Assembly (NCBI RefSeq): GCF_009834535.1
Contig: NC_045696.1
Span: forward strand, 56,360,001-56,424,000
Direction of reading: 5' to 3'
Source: Camelus ferus
Taxonomy: Eukaryota
Length of the DNA stretch: 64,000 nucleotides
Below the pieces are notes generated by a model. The model did no database searches and was not told the DNA's origin. It was given only the letters and a program-made list of their open reading frames with translations. A program made the translations under genes and the position numbers. Each line of letters starts with the position of its first letter. Within the stretch, counting starts at the first letter, position 1. Below are positions 13,361-27,869 of the stretch, piece after piece.

Positions 13361-14715
13361 TTGGGGGGGGGGGGGAGATGGGCCCAAAGACTGAAGTTGA
13401 CATCCAGAGGATTAACCTATCTTATCCTAACAAGGTGCCTGTTATCACTATCAGAGACAGAAGGATGGTCAGAATTGGGGCTCAAATGATGGCCAAAGAG
13501 GTTAGACCAGAAGAGTTTGAATACAGGAGTCCAGGCAGAATCATAAAATTAAGATACATAAACCAGATGCTGGGAGCATGAAAGGAAGAACAAGCAGTGG
13601 TAATTTAGAGATTGAACATGCAAGGATGTCTAGAACAAGGAGACCATTTTGAGGACAAGAAATACATAAAGAATTAATAAAACAGTAAACTGTGAGTGAG
13701 AATCAAAGTCCATCAAGCAGGGTCAAGGAGTTCAGGAAATTAGCAGAGGACCCAGTGAGTGAGGGGTGGCACCAGAAAGGGGGGTACACTACAGGCTAGT
13801 GTAGATGTCTAGGAGTCTGGCAGGCAGCAAGCCACCAGAAAGAAATGAACAGACTCTAAGTAGGTACTGGCTGTTCCCCGTTAGCCTCTGCTCTGGAGCG
13901 TGCTGATTTGATAGAGAGAAGGGGAAAATGAAAATAGATAGGCCAGACCCAAGAAATTTGTACTGGATTCTGGAGCTGACTCCCAACATCCAAAAGGGTG
14001 TGGCTGCTTTGATTTCCATCCAGGTTGGTGTCAATACTGCCCTGGGTTGGATTTGAATGAGGCTGCAGGGATATCTACCCCCCATGCTTGGGGTCCAGAC
14101 GTGTTAGTTACGGTCTGAGAGTTACCAGTGGTGCCTGCTATAAAATGAATTTAGTACTAATTTAGGCCACTTATATTCTTGTGCCTAGAGCCAAAGTATG
14201 CCCAGATTCCAGGCGTAGGACTAAACTGATAGTTGGAAGTTAAGTGGGGGTGGGGAGGGCAGTTACAAAAAGAAGGGTACAGAGGTTAGAAGACAATCAG
14301 TTCCTTGCAATCCTAGGCTGTATGGTCATGATACTGATCTAATGTAAATTTCTCAGGATGGAAAATAATTGTCCAGCTGTTACATAAACAATATTACCAG
14401 TTTGTTTTTCTTTTCTCTCTTTCTTCTTCTTTTAAACAGTTTGGAGCGTCTAAGTACAGATGTATAGAAAAAACAACATGTTTCTAGAGAATTATATTCA
14501 CAGACAAGCTTCTCTAATTTGCCAGTTCTTCTCTGCTGAGGCATGTTTTCCAGCAAACAAAATGCACTAATAAATCTATCAGAGACAGAAAGGCAGGGGG
14601 GACAGCTGCAGCCGCAGCATCCAGGAGTGACAATGATTAATTCCTACATCTGCTCAGCCAGAGAGAAACAAAGGTCACTGTGCACAGATTAGCATCCTGA
14701 TCACCACCTCCTCCC

Positions 14716-14716
<1 letters not shown>

Positions 14717-14747
<31 letters not shown>
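14717..14747. repeat. (AC)n microsatellite
   Basis: About 15 perfect AC units. Confidence 0.95.
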
Positions 14748-14749
<2 letters not shown>

Positions 14750-15229
14750 CCCGAGTGACAATAGCATGTTTATCCATTGATCATGGCAAAATTCAAAATG
14801 TCTGAAAAATTTCTACTATCTGAAAACCTCCCTCCCCCTAGAAAGCAAGCTCTTTAGTGAGATAAAGATGGAAGAAGGAATAGAATAGGATCAGAAATAG
14901 ATTAATGTCAGATTACTGTCTAATCTTGTTAACATCCAAATTAAGTGAAAATATGATGCTCAGCTACATTTACAAAAGCAGGAAACAGGAAATTTTAGAA
15001 CAAATCCTAATACAGTAATTTGATCAAAGTAAGAAAGGCTATTATGGTGAAGCACTTGAACACACGTGGACATTTGGCACAATGTAAAGAAGGTATTTAG
15101 ATGTTGACTCTTTGTCCTCATGCTCAACAGTCCCCTGAAGACACAGCCACCGCCTAGTCAAGGCTCCTACACTTGTAGATATCCCTGAGAGGATGGCTTT
15201 AAAAATACCTTTCCTACCCAAGATGATTT

Positions 15230-16640
15230 TTTTAAGTGTATAAATTATAAATGTTTAGTTCACTGAATTATCACAAAGAAAATATCTATGTAACTATCAC
15301 CCAAGTCAAAAGAAAGAACATTTCAACACCCTAAAACCTCCACTCATAATGATTACTCTTTTCTTCCTTCCTCAAGGTAAACCACTATCTTGACTTTTAA
15401 TACCATACTTTAGTTATGCCTGCTTTTAAACTTTATTTAAGTTAGGGGAATCATATAGTACATGTTCTTTTGTGGCTGGCTTTTTAAATTTGATGTTATT
15501 TCTGAAATTTGACCCTGTTGCCGGGTGTTAACTGTAACTTGCTTCATTTGCATTGAACAGTATTTCAATGCAAGAATATACTATAACTTATTTATTCTTT
15601 CTACTACTGAAGGACATTTGGGGTGATTGCAAATAATGTTACTGTGAATATTCTTTATATAACTTTTGGACTAAATGTGCATACATTTTCCATGGGAATA
15701 ATTTCTTAGTAGATTTGCTGGATCACAAGGTATATGAATAGTTAATGTTAGAAAATATACCATATAAGATAAATAAGTACTAGGGATATAATGTACAGCA
15801 TAAGAAATATGACTAACACTGCTATATGTTATATATGGAAGTTGTTAATAGAGTAAATCCTAAGAGTTCTCATTGCAAGGAAAAGTTTTTTTCCAATTTC
15901 TTTAATTTTGTTTCTATGAGATGATGCATGGTCACTAAATTTACTGTGATCATCATTTCATGATGTATGTAAGTCAAATCATTATGCCGCACACCTTAAA
16001 CTTATACAGTGCTTATGCAGTCAATTATATCTCAATAACACCGGAAGAAAAAATTTTTCACAGGAAAAAAAAAGACATGCCAAATTATTTTCCAAAGTGG
16101 TTGTACCAACTTGCCTTCTCACTCTGAGCAGATAAGAATTTCATAGCTTCACATCCTTATAGTAACATTATCTTTAAAAACTTAAGACATTTGGTGTGTA
16201 TCTCATAGTTTAAATTTGTTTTTCCCCAGCCATAGGCAACTGCTTAATCCACCTGCTGTCTCTACAGATTTATCTTTTCTGGACATTTTATATAAATGGA
16301 ATCATACAATATATAGCCTTTTGTGATTGTCTTCCTTCATTTAACATGTTTTGAAGGTTCATCCATGTTGTATCATGAATCAGGACTTCATTCTTTCTTA
16401 TTGTGGAATACCAGCTCATAAATGGATATACCATTTCATTTATCTAATCATCAGCTGATGGACATTTGGGTTGTTTCTGCTTTTGGGCTACTACAAATAA
16501 TGCTGCTATGAACATGTACACATTTTTGTGTGGCTATATGTTCTCATTTTCTTTAGTATATACCTTTAGCTTTCTTGATAGCATTCTTTGAAGCACACAT
16601 TTTAATGACATTGAATGTATTTATTTTTCTTTTGTTGCTT
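15230..16640 (-). mobile_element. Old L1M fragments, with a nested + strand L1MA-like 3' end at about 15760-16070
   Basis: Antisense L1 3' motifs. The nested piece reads gagtaaatcctaagagttctc...caccttaaacttatacag...tcaattatatctcaataa plus an A-rich tail. Confidence 0.7.
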
Positions 16641-18810
16641 GTGCTTTTGGTGTTGTTTACTGAATATCCTCTTGACAAACAGAAATTAATTTTCTGTGTT
16701 TATCAGTGGTGCCATAAGAAAGTCTTATGTGATTCACCTTTGCATTTATAGTAAAACTATCAATTTTATCCTTCAATGTCCAAGATATAAAACCTAAAGT
16801 GAGAATTTTTTTTAGAGAATAATATTAAGAAATAGTTTTGCCTCTACTAATAAACTAGTATGTATCCTCCTTTTGGATGTTTCCCTTTTTGCCTTTTTAG
16901 GAAACTCAAAGGTAATTTTTAAAACTTTTGGTGAAGAAAAATATGTATAAAGAGAAGTGCAAGTTCAGGCCAAGATGGTGGAGTAGGAAGAACCTCTCTC
17001 AGGCACATCAAAATTATAACTACTTACAGAGCAACTTTTGACGAGAAAGACTAGAATCTAGCAGAAAAGGTCTTCCACAAACTAAAGATATAAAGAAGGA
17101 ACCACAATGAGATGAGTAGGAGGGGCAGAGTCATGGTATTGCTAAGACCCCAGGTGGGTGATCCACAAGTGGAGGATAATTACAATTGCAGAAGTTCTTC
17201 CCAAGCAGCAGTGGGTTTGAGCATCACACCAGGCTCCACGGCCTGTACTGGGAAAACAAGCCCTTGGAACATCTGGCCTGATGGCTAGCAGGGCTTACTT
17301 TCAGGAGGCCAAGAAGGCTATGGGAAATAGGGAATCCACACTTAAAGGGCACACACAAACTCTCACATGCTCCAGGACCCAGTGCAGAAGTAGTAATCTG
17401 AAAGGGGCCTGGGTCAGACTCACATGCTGATCTTGGAGAGGCTCCTAGAGAGGCAGGAGGTGACTGAAACTCTTCCTGGGGATATAGACATTGGTGGCAG
17501 CCATTTCTGGGAGCTCGCCCTACCACATGGACACTGGTGCTGGCAAAGGCCATTACGGAATCATCCCTCTAGCTTATTAGCACCAGGATCCAGCCCCACC
17601 CACCAATGCATAGGTGCTAGCCCTTCAGCCAGAGACCCTGGGGCCCAACTCCACCCACCAGTGGCAGGTACCAGCCCCAGGACCCCTGCCCCCAACCCTG
17701 TGCCCTGGTCCCACCCATCAGTAATTTGGTAGCCTCAGGAAAAGTCTCACACACCAGTGGGCAGGCACCAGCCCCAGGACCCCCTGGCCCCAGCCATACC
17801 CTCCAGTGGACAGACATCAGCCCTAGGATTACCACAGCCCTGCAGTCTGCCATGCAGGACCCAGCCTATCCACCAGTAGGCTAGCACCAGCCCTACGATG
17901 CCCTTGGCCCTGGTCCTGCCCATTAGTAAGCCAACATCACCTCTGAGACACCTTGGGCCCCTCAGCCAGCCACCTTGGGATCTAGCCTACTAATGGGCTG
18001 ACATAAGCTTCTGGACACCTTGGACCCTGTAGCCAGCTGCAGTGTCAAGAACCAACCCTATCCACCAGCAGGTCAACACCAGCTCCAGGGCACCCAGGGC
18101 CCTGCAGCCAGAGATCCTAGGACCCGGCTCTGACTGCAGTGGGCCAGTACTATCCCAGGACCCCAGCTTCACTCACCAAAGGGTGGAAACCAGCCCCAGA
18201 ACCATTGCTGCCCTGTAACCTGCCTTTGTCAGGACCAAGCCAACACACCAGCAGACCAGGACTAGCCCCAGGAACCCCCCCCCAACCTCCCCCAGGCCCT
18301 AGCCCTGCCCACCAGCAGGCCAACACCAGCTCTGGGATACCTCGGGCACCTCAGCCAGAGACCACCCCTGCCCCTGGAATCCCGTTCCAACCACCAACAG
18401 GCTAATATCAGCCCCGAGACACCTTGGTCTCTTCAGCCAGCCACCCTGGGATGTAGCCCCACTCACCAGCGGGCCAGCACCATCTTTGAGACACATCGGA
18501 ATCCAAAGCCAGCAGTGTCAAGAACTGACCCAACCCACCAGCGGGGCAACACTACTAGATCCAGGAAGCCCAGCCCTGCAACCATACAAGGGAACTCCCG
18601 TGACGCTATCAACTGACTTTTCAGCAGAAACTCTGCAGGCCAAAAGGGAGTGGCACAATATACTTAAAATGACGAAAAGGAAAAACTTTTTAGAGAATAC
18701 TGGGCAAGGTTTTCCTTCAGATTTAATGGAGAGATAAAAAGTTTTACAGATAGGCAAAAGCTATAAGAGTTCAGCACCACCAGAAAAGCTTTACAGTAAA
18801 TGTTAAAGGT

Positions 18811-18941
18811 GGGGAGGGTATAGCTCAGTGGTAGAAAGTGTGCTTAGCATGCATAAGGTGCTGGGTTCAATCCCCAGTACCTCCATTAAAATAAATAAGT
18901 AAATAAATAAACCTAATTACTCCCCCCCAAAAACCCCAAAA
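18811..18941 (+). mobile_element. Vic-1-type camelid tRNA-Ala-derived SINE, nested in L1
   Basis: ggggagggtatagctcagtggtaga...gggttcaatccccagtacctcca plus a taaataaacctaattac tail. TSD taaatgttaaag / taaatgtttaag. Confidence 0.9.
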
Positions 18942-19922
18942 TACAATAAATGTTTAAGAGACTTCCCTAAGTGAAAAAGAAAAGGCCACAACTAGAAATA
19001 TATAATTACAAAAGGAAAAAGTTCACTGATAAAGGCAAATATATAGTAAAGGCTGTAAATCAATCATATACAAAGCTAGTAGGAAAGTTAAAAGACCGAA
19101 GAAGTAAAACTATTTATATCCACAATAAGTAGTTAAGGGATACACAAAACAAAGAGATGAGAAAAATGATGTCAAAAACAGTAATCATGAGGGGAGGAGA
19201 GTACAAATGCAGGGTTGTTAAAATGTGTTTGAAATTAAGAGATCAGCAGCTTAAAATAATCATATATAGAGAGAGATAGATTGCTATACATAAACTTCAC
19301 GGTAACCACAAAACAAAAATCTGATACACACACAAAAAAGAGAAAGAAACATAACACTAAAGCTAGTCATCAAATCAAAAGGGAAGAGAACAAAAGAAGA
19401 AAGGAACAAAGAAAAACTACTGAAGAAACCCCCAAACAATTAACAAAATGGCAGTAAGCACATACCTATCAATAATTAAGTGAAAATGGACTAAATGCTC
19501 CAATCAAGAGACATGGAGTGGCTAAATATGTTGCCTACAAGTGACTCATTTCAGATTTAAAGACACATAACTGAGAGCAAGGGGATGGAAAAAGGTATTC
19601 CATGCAAATGGAATCAAATGAAAGCTGGGGTAGCAATACTTACATCAGACAAAATAGACTTTAAAACAAAGACTGTAACAAGAGACAAAGAAGGACATTA
19701 CAAGAAGAAGATATAACAATTGTGGATATATATGTTCCCAACATAGGACAACCAAAATATAAAAAGCAATTGTTAACAGACATAAAAGGGAGAAATTGAC
19801 GGTAATACAATAATAGTAGAGGACTTTAACACCCCACTTACATCAATGGACAGATCATCTAGACAGAAAATCAATGAAGAAGCACTGACCTTAAATGATA
19901 CATTAGATCAAATGGATATATA

Positions 19923-19929
19923 TGTGTGT

Positions 19930-19973
<44 letters not shown>
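19923..19973. repeat. (TG)n microsatellite inside L1 ORF2
   Basis: About 25 TG units with one interruption. Confidence 0.95.
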
Positions 19974-19976
<3 letters not shown>

Positions 19977-22900
19977 CATTCCATCAAAAAACAGCAGAAT
20001 ACAAATTTTTTCAAATATACATGGAACATTCTCTTGGATAGATTACTTGCTAGACCACAAGACAAGTCTCAGTAAATTTAAGAAAATTGAAATCACATCA
20101 AGCATCTTTTCCAACCACAACACTGTGAGACTAGAAATCAGTAACAAGAAAAAAGATGCACAAAACATAAACACATGGAAGCTAAACAGCATGCTACTAA
20201 ACCACCAAAGGATCACTGAAGAAATCAAAGAAAAAAGTTAAAAAACCTAGAAACAAATAAAAATAAAAACACAATGATCTAAAATCTATAGGATGCATCA
20301 AAGCAGTTCTAAGAGGGAAGTTTATAGTGATACAAGCTTACATCTGGAAATAAGAAAAATATCAAATAAAGAACCCAAACTTACACCTAGAGAAACTAGA
20401 AAAAGAGTAACAAATAAAACCCAAAGTTAGTATAAGGAAAGAAATCATAAAGATCAAATGAGAAATAAATGAAATAGAGACTAAAAATATACACATATAT
20501 ATATATATGTATAGAAAAGAGAAATGAAACTAACAGCTGGTTCTTTGAAAAGATAAACAAAATTGATAAATCTTTAGCCAGACTCATCAAGAAAAAAAGA
20601 GAGGGTCCAAATCAATAAATCAGTAATGAAAAAGGAGAAGTTACAACCAACACCACAGAAATACACAGGATCCTAAGAGATGACTAAGAACAGCTATACA
20701 TCAATAAGATGGACAACCTAGCAGAAATGGACAAATATCTATAAATGTACAATCTCCCAAGACTGAACCAGGAAGAAATAGAAAATATGAACAGACCAAT
20801 TACCAGTAATGAAATTAAATCAGTAATAAAAAATACCAACAAAAGTCCAGGACCAGATGACTTCACAGGTGAATTCTACCAAACATAGAAGAGTTAACAC
20901 TTATCATTCTGAAACTATTCTAAAAAACTGCAGAGGAAGTAATGCTTCTGAACTCATTATACAAGGCCAGCATCACTCTACACCAAAACCAGACAGAGAT
21001 ATCACACACACACAAAAGAAAATTACATGCCAATATCACTGATGAATATAGATGCAAAAATTCCCAATAAAATATTAGCAAACACTACATTAAAAGGATC
21101 ATACACCATGATCAAGTGGGATTTATCCCAGGGATGCAAGGGTTTTTTCAGTATTTGCAAATCAATCAATGTGATATACCACATTAACAAACTGAAGAAT
21201 AAAAATCATATGATTTTATCAATAGATGCAGTAAAAACTTTTGATAAAATTCAGCATCCATTTACAAAAAAAACTCTCCACAAAGTGTGTATAGAGGGAA
21301 CATACTTCAACATAATAAAGGCTGTATTTGATAAGCCCAAAGCCAACATCATACTCAACAGTGAAAAGCTGAAAGCATTTCCTCTAAGATCAAGAACAAG
21401 ACCAGGACGCCCTCTCTCACCACTTCTATTGAACATAGTATTGAAACTCCTAGCCACAACCATCAGACAAGAAAAGAAATGAAAGGAATCCAAGTTGGAA
21501 AGGAAGAAGTAAAATGTTGACTGTTTGCAATGACAGAATATTATACACAGAAAATCCTAAAGACACCACCAAAACCCAACTAGGGTTCATCAATGAATTT
21601 GGTAAAGTTGCAGGATACAAAATTAATATACAGAAACCTGCTACATTTCTATACACTAACAATAAACTATCGGAAAGAGAAACTAAGGAAACAATCCCAT
21701 TTACCATTGCTTAAAAAAACAAACAAACCTAGGAATCTAACTAAGGAGACAAAAGACTTGCTCTGAAAACTGTAAGACAATGATGAATAAAACTGAAGAT
21801 GATACAAACAGATGGAAAGATACACTGTGTTCATGGACTGGAAGAATTAATATTGTTAAAAATGACCATAGGCATTACCCAAGGCAATCTACAGATTCAA
21901 TGCAATCCCTATCAAAATACCAATGGCAACTAGAACAAATAATTTTAAAATTTGTATGGGAGCACAGAAGAACTTGAACAGCCAAAACAATCTTGAGAAA
22001 GAACAGAACTGGAGGATCATGCTCCCTGGCTTCAGACTATACTACAAAGCTACAGTAATCAAAAGAGTATGGTACTGGCACAAAAACAGACACATGGATC
22101 AATGGAACAGGATAAAAAGCCCAAAACTAAGCCCACACACTTATAGTCAAATACAACAAAGGAGGTAAGAATATACAATGGAGAAAAGACAGTCTCTTCA
22201 ATAAGTGATGTTGGGAAATCTGGACAGCTACATGTAACAGAATGAAATTAGAACATTCTCTAACACTATATAGAAAAATAAACTCAAAATGGATTAAGAT
22301 ATAATGTAAGACTGGATACTATAAAAATCCTAAAAGAAAACATAGGTAGAACACTCTGACATAAATCACAGCAATATTTTTTTGGATCTGTATCCTTAGG
22401 AAAAGCAAAACTAAACAATGGGATCTAATTAAACTTAAAAGCTTTGCACAGCAAGGGAAACCACTGACAAACTGAAAAGGCATTCTACTGAATGGGAGAA
22501 AATATTCGTAAATATTTGCAAATGATATGACCGATAATGGGTTAATATCCAAAATATATAAAACAGCTCATACAATGCAATATCAAAAAAATAGCCTAAT
22601 TAAAAAATGGGCAGAAGACCTGAGTAGACATTTTCCCAAAGAAAACATTCACATGGCCAAGAGGCACATGAAAAGATGCTCAACATTGCTAATCATTAGA
22701 GAAATGCAAATCAAAACCACAATGAGATATCACCTCACACTTGTCAGAATGGCTACTGTCAAAAGACCACAGATAGCAAATATTGGCAAATATGTGGAGA
22801 AAGGGAACCTTTGTACACTATTGGTGGGAATGTAAATTGGTACAGTCACAGTGGTAAACAGTATAGAGGTTCCTCAAGAAACTAAAAACAGAACTATTAT

Positions 22901-23519
22901 ATGACCCAGCCATTCCACTCATTGAGTATATATCTGAAGAAAATGAAAACACTAATTTGAAAAGGTATATAAGCACACCAATGTTCATGGCAGCATTATT
23001 AACCATAGCCAAGATACAGAAGCAACCTAAGCATCCATCAGCAGATGAATGAATAAAGAAGATGTGGTACATGTACACAATGGAATACTACTCAGTCACA
23101 AAAAAGAATGAAATAATGCCATTTGCAACAACATGGATGGGCCTGGAGGATACTATTCTTAGTGAAATAAGTCAGAGAAAGACAAATACTATACATTATC
23201 ACTTATATGTGGAATCTAAAAAATAAAACTAATGAATATAAGAAAACAAAAAGAGCTTCACAGGTTTAGAGAACAAAGTAGTGGTTACCAGTGGGGAGAG
23301 AGAACAGGATAGGAGCAAGGCAGGGGAATGGGATTAAGAGGTACAAACTTCTATACATAAAATAAATAAGCTACAACGATATATTCTATAGCACAGGGAA
23401 TATAGTCAATGTTTTATAATAACTCTAAATGGAGTATAAACCATAAAAAATTTGAATCAATATGTTGTACATCTGAAATTAATACAATATTATAAATCAA
23501 CCATACCACAGTAAAAAAA

Positions 23520-25150
23520 GAAAAGTGTATATATTATAAGTGTACAGTTCAGCAAATTTGGAGAAACTGACACACTTATGCAAACAGCATGCAGGTCAAG
23601 AAATAAACATTACCAGTGTCCCAGAAGCCTTTTGCATGGTCCCTTGGGTCATTATGCTCCCCAAACTCTTCCCTCAACCTCCAGGGTAACCACTATCCTG
23701 ACATCTAACACAATAGATTAGTTTCACCTGGTTTTATATTTCATATAAAGTGAAATCATATACAGTACAATCTTTGTACTTGGCTTCTTTTGCTCAACAT
23801 TATCTTGGTGAGAGTCATCCATATTGCTGCAGGTAGTCAGATTGTTTACTCTCATGGTTGTGTAGTAGCCAGTGTATCCACTACGATGTATTTAAACATT
23901 AAATGGTTGATGGACAGTTGAGTAGTTTCCAGTTTGGGCCTATTATAAACAGTGCTGATAAGAACATTCTAGTACATGTATTTTGGTGAATACATACATG
24001 CAATTTTTGCTGGAACTTCTGTGACTCAGGGTATGAATATGTTCAGGTTTAATAGATTCTGAACAGCTTTCTAAAGTCATTGTTACAGTTTATACTCCCA
24101 CAACAATGCATGAGAATTCCAGATGCTCCCAGTCCTTCCGAACACTTGGTTTTTCAGCCTTTTTTATTGTAGACAGTCAAGTGAGTATGGAGTGTGAGCT
24201 CCTTGTGCATTTATTGTGCATTTCCCTGATGCCTAAGTTGAGTACTTCTTCATTTGTTTATTGGCTACCTGGATATATTCCTTTGTGAAGGGGGTGTTCA
24301 TATCTTTTGCTCATTTAAAATTGTGTTCTCCATGTTTTTCTTATTAACTCACATCCTTTATTCTGGATAAAAATCTTTTAATGATACATGCATTGTGAAT
24401 ATATTCTCCCATTCTATGGCTTACTTTTCCCCTTTCTTAGTGGTCTTTTAGTGAATAGAAGATGGTTTTTGATATTTATGTAAAGCAATTTAACAACCTT
24501 TCTTTTATGAATAGTACTTTTTGTGTTCTATTTAACACGTTTAAGTTCTTGAAAATATTCTTGAAAATTCTTGAAAATATTCTCTTCCATTATATTCCTG
24601 AAGCTGTTTGACTTTTACATTTAGATCTGTAGTCCACCTGCAGATGATTTTGTTGAGGTAGGATTCAAGTTGCATATTTTCCCCATAAGGATAGCCAACT
24701 GACCCTGCACCATTTATTAAAAAGTGTCTATGTATGCTTGGCTCCATTTCTGGGTTCTGTCTGTTCTGTTCCATTGGTCTATTTGTCTACCCCTGCCCCA
24801 ATAGCACACTTAAACTGTTGTAATTGCTAGCTTTATAATAAATCTTAAAATCCAAGAGGAAATTCTCTCACCTAGTCCATCTTTTCCCAGGATATTTTTG
24901 GTCCTTTGAATTTCCATATAAATTTGAGAATCAATTTCTTGAGTTTCACCAAAAAAGAAAAAAAAATTGGAATTTTTTTTTGCAATTATATTGACTCCAT
25001 ATATCAATCTGGAGAAATTATATCTTTACAATATTGAGTATTCTGCTACAGAAAGATAAAATATCCTTTACTTATTTAGAACTCCTTTAAGTTCCTTCAA
25101 AAATATTTTATGATTTTCCATGTAGACATACTGCATATCTTATCCTAGTG
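23520..25150 (-). mobile_element. Old L1M (L1MD/L1ME-like), the target of the 16962 L1
   Basis: Antisense 3' UTR and ORF2 end. Its terminus continues on the other side of the younger L1 at about 16925-16960. Confidence 0.75.
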
Positions 25151-25250
25151 TATTAATCAGGGTTCAATTAGAGAAACAGAACAAGTAGGTGATATATGGA
25201 TTTGTCACAGACAACTGGCTTATGCAATTTCAGGGGCTGGTTAAGCTTAA
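25150..25250. mobile_element. MLT2-like LTR terminal fragment
   Basis: tgtattaatcagggttcaattagagaaacagaac...ctggcttatgcaatt...ggggctgg. Confidence 0.55.
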
Positions 25251-25399
25251 ATTTCATTTTTAGCCACTTCTGCTCTTGAGTCATCACACCCCAAGGAGCA
25301 TGCTTTTATTCTTTTATTTAAGGGGGGGCTATGATACTTTTGAATGTTAAAGGTCTGTTCTCAATAAAGCAGCCAGTTTTCCCATTGAGTGTAAGTCAG

Positions 25400-25970
25400 A
25401 CCATGTCGTTTCTCAGTTTCAAACCCTACAATGGCAACACCTGGAGTAAATACCAAAGTCATTACATTGATCTACAATATGCACAGCATCTGGCCCCTGT
25501 TACCTCTCTGACCCCATATTCTCCTATTCTTTGCCTCATTTTCTCTACTCCAGCCACACTGGCCTCCTTGCTTTCCTTGAACACTAGGTATGTTTTTACC
25601 CCAGGGCCTTTGCATATTCTGTTCCCTTTGCTTGGAACAGTCTTTACCCCATGACTTATTTCTTATGCCTTTCGATCTATATTCAAATGTTACCTCCTCA
25701 GTGAGATATTCCCTGGCTAAACGCTACAATAGCAGCTACTACCCTGATATTCCCCATTCACTTTCCCTGTTTTACTTCTCTTTTCTGCACTTATCACTAA
25801 CATTCCATTTATTTGACAATTTATTTTATTTATTTATTGCCTGCTCACCCCTCTAAGAAAGCAAGGTCCATAAGGGAAGGGAACTTTTGCCTACTTTGTT
25901 CTTTGATATAATCCCCATACCAGAACAGTATCTGATATACTGTTAGTAATTCAATAAATATTGTTAAAAC
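25400..25970 (+). mobile_element. LINE-2 3' portion
   Basis: ctccagccacactggcctccttgct...cagggcctttgcat...caataaatattgtt. Confidence 0.8.
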
Positions 25971-27869
25971 AACAGACACATTTGTAACAACCTAATTATG
26001 AGAAGGGATTCTAAAAGTATGGAACTCTGTGGCCAACAGGGGATCAAGAACAGACAGATTTTAGAGGTAAGACAAGACAAAAAGGATAGTTTAGAGTGAA
26101 GGAGAACTGGAAATCTGGGGCTTCAGATGTCAGTCCTTGGGCTCTTGAATGGAGCAACCACTAGGAGGGAGAAAAAAGAACAGTGGAAAGCAACTGCTTA
26201 TCTATGGCACAATTTTATGTAGAATTGATACGTACTAAAGTTAAAGAATAAAAATGGCTGTCCTCTAAGAACTTAACCTTTATTGTCATAGTCAATATTC
26301 CAGGACATTTAATTTGTTCATTCAGGAAACATGGAGTATAATCCAGGCACAATGAAGATGCAAAGATCAATATGATGTGGCCCTAACTCAAGGAGTTCAT
26401 TATCTGGTAAGAGAGACAGAGCCCCCCTCCACCCAATCCAGTAAGCTGTGATGGGGTAATGGCATGTCTATCTACAATAGTGGGTACACAAAGGAGGGTG
26501 TGTCTACTTCATCTAGAAATGATACTATTTTAGGTTTGACTGCAGCATGAAAGGATTTTGTAGAAACTACTCCTATGCATTGATCCTGACCCTGCCTCAT
26601 TAAATTCTGCTGACTCACACACATTGCATCCCACAGCCAGTACCCAAGAAAGACCTCATCTCTATTCACAATTCTAGATCTCTTCACCTCATTTCTGCTC
26701 TGCATCTCTCTTCCAGCACCGTTCCTGCATGGCAGTGGCCTCTGACCTCTCGATAAACCACCTATTTTTGGCTCTATGCTCAATCCTTTGGATGTGATGA
26801 CTGATACAATTTTTTCCAGCTACGAACCTTAACTTTCTTTTTGGATAAGGCTTTGCAGGATCTGTTCCTGATCACTCTGCTTATTCACTTCTTAGCCCTG
26901 CCACACTATTCCCAAATGGAACTATATAGATGGCATTTATTCTAGGCCTGACTGGCTCCCCTTCTTCCTTCTTGGCCAATTACCATCAAACTGAGGCTTA
27001 TAGAGAAGATCCCAGAAATCCTTATAGGGCACAGTATGAGTGAAAACTTTGCTGCAGCCAACAGGATCAGAACTGCTTTTCTTTTTCTGTCACCTTCCTT
27101 TCAGCTCCAATTACTCAAACCACACAGAAGACAGACTTGAAACAATCAATATGAAAGGAGCACAGCTCCTATCCCTGCAGCAAGGCATTATTTTTTGAAA
27201 AGCTATTTTAAAAAACCAGAATATACTTTTTGGACTTGCTCATGTTTTTCCACCCAGGTGGTGCCTTTGAAGCTCTAATGAACCTTAATCACATTTTACA
27301 TAGTATCCTGAACACAGTAAGTGTTCAGCTCAGTAAGTATTTATTATTTACATTGATAAATAAACCCCACTCAGGGGATAATATAAAGCTTTCAGGTATG
27401 GAAAGAACAAAGAAAAGATAAGGATGAGTCTAATCCTTCTCAAAAGTGTGGAGATACTGAGGTCTTTTCATGATAATGAAAAATAACATGAAATCTGGGG
27501 AGTCAGAGAGATTCTCAGAAGGATACGATAATAACATCCTGGAGCACCATGACTCATATTATATGTTGGACTTTCCCAAGGCAAAGAGAACAAATAGAGC
27601 AGGGTACATGAAGTAAGTCATGAATGAGCTGCTTGAATTCACTGAACATTGAATGTAATTCAGCTCTGCCAGATTCTGCCAGAGGACTCATGCGAGGACC
27701 CTACTCAGGAAGGAGATGTGGCAGAGTGAGCTGGCCACAGGGATGGATGTTATTTCAGCCATTTACCAGCATTTGGGTTTCTGGCTGCTACTTTAGCCCA
27801 GGGTGCAGGCAGAGGAGGCAGATGCTTCCATGCAAGTTCCCAGTGCTGGAAAAGGCACTCTACCATGTG

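Larger units (their letters stand above)
16962..23516 (+). mobile_element. Near-full-length degenerate L1 with most of ORF1 deleted
   Basis: 5' end caagatggtggagtagg (YY1-like), tandem-repeat 5' UTR, ORF1 C-terminus only (from about 18584), ORF2 from about 19448 with EN/RT fragments and many stops and frameshifts, then the 3' UTR. Degenerate TSD aaagagaagtgca (16949-16961) / aaagaaaagtgta (23517-23529). Confidence 0.92.

Noticed and set aside
17590..18580. CRISPR-like or coding repeat array (Pro-rich ORFs)
   Set aside because: Degenerate tandem units without unique spacers, located inside an L1 5' UTR in a mammalian genome.
18811..18885. tRNA-Ala gene (and the similar copies elsewhere)
   Set aside because: They have SINE tails, TSDs and disrupted stems, so they are Vic-1 SINEs.
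19846..20241. ORF containing a VCVCVC run
   Set aside because: L1 endonuclease remnant with a (TG)n microsatellite expansion.
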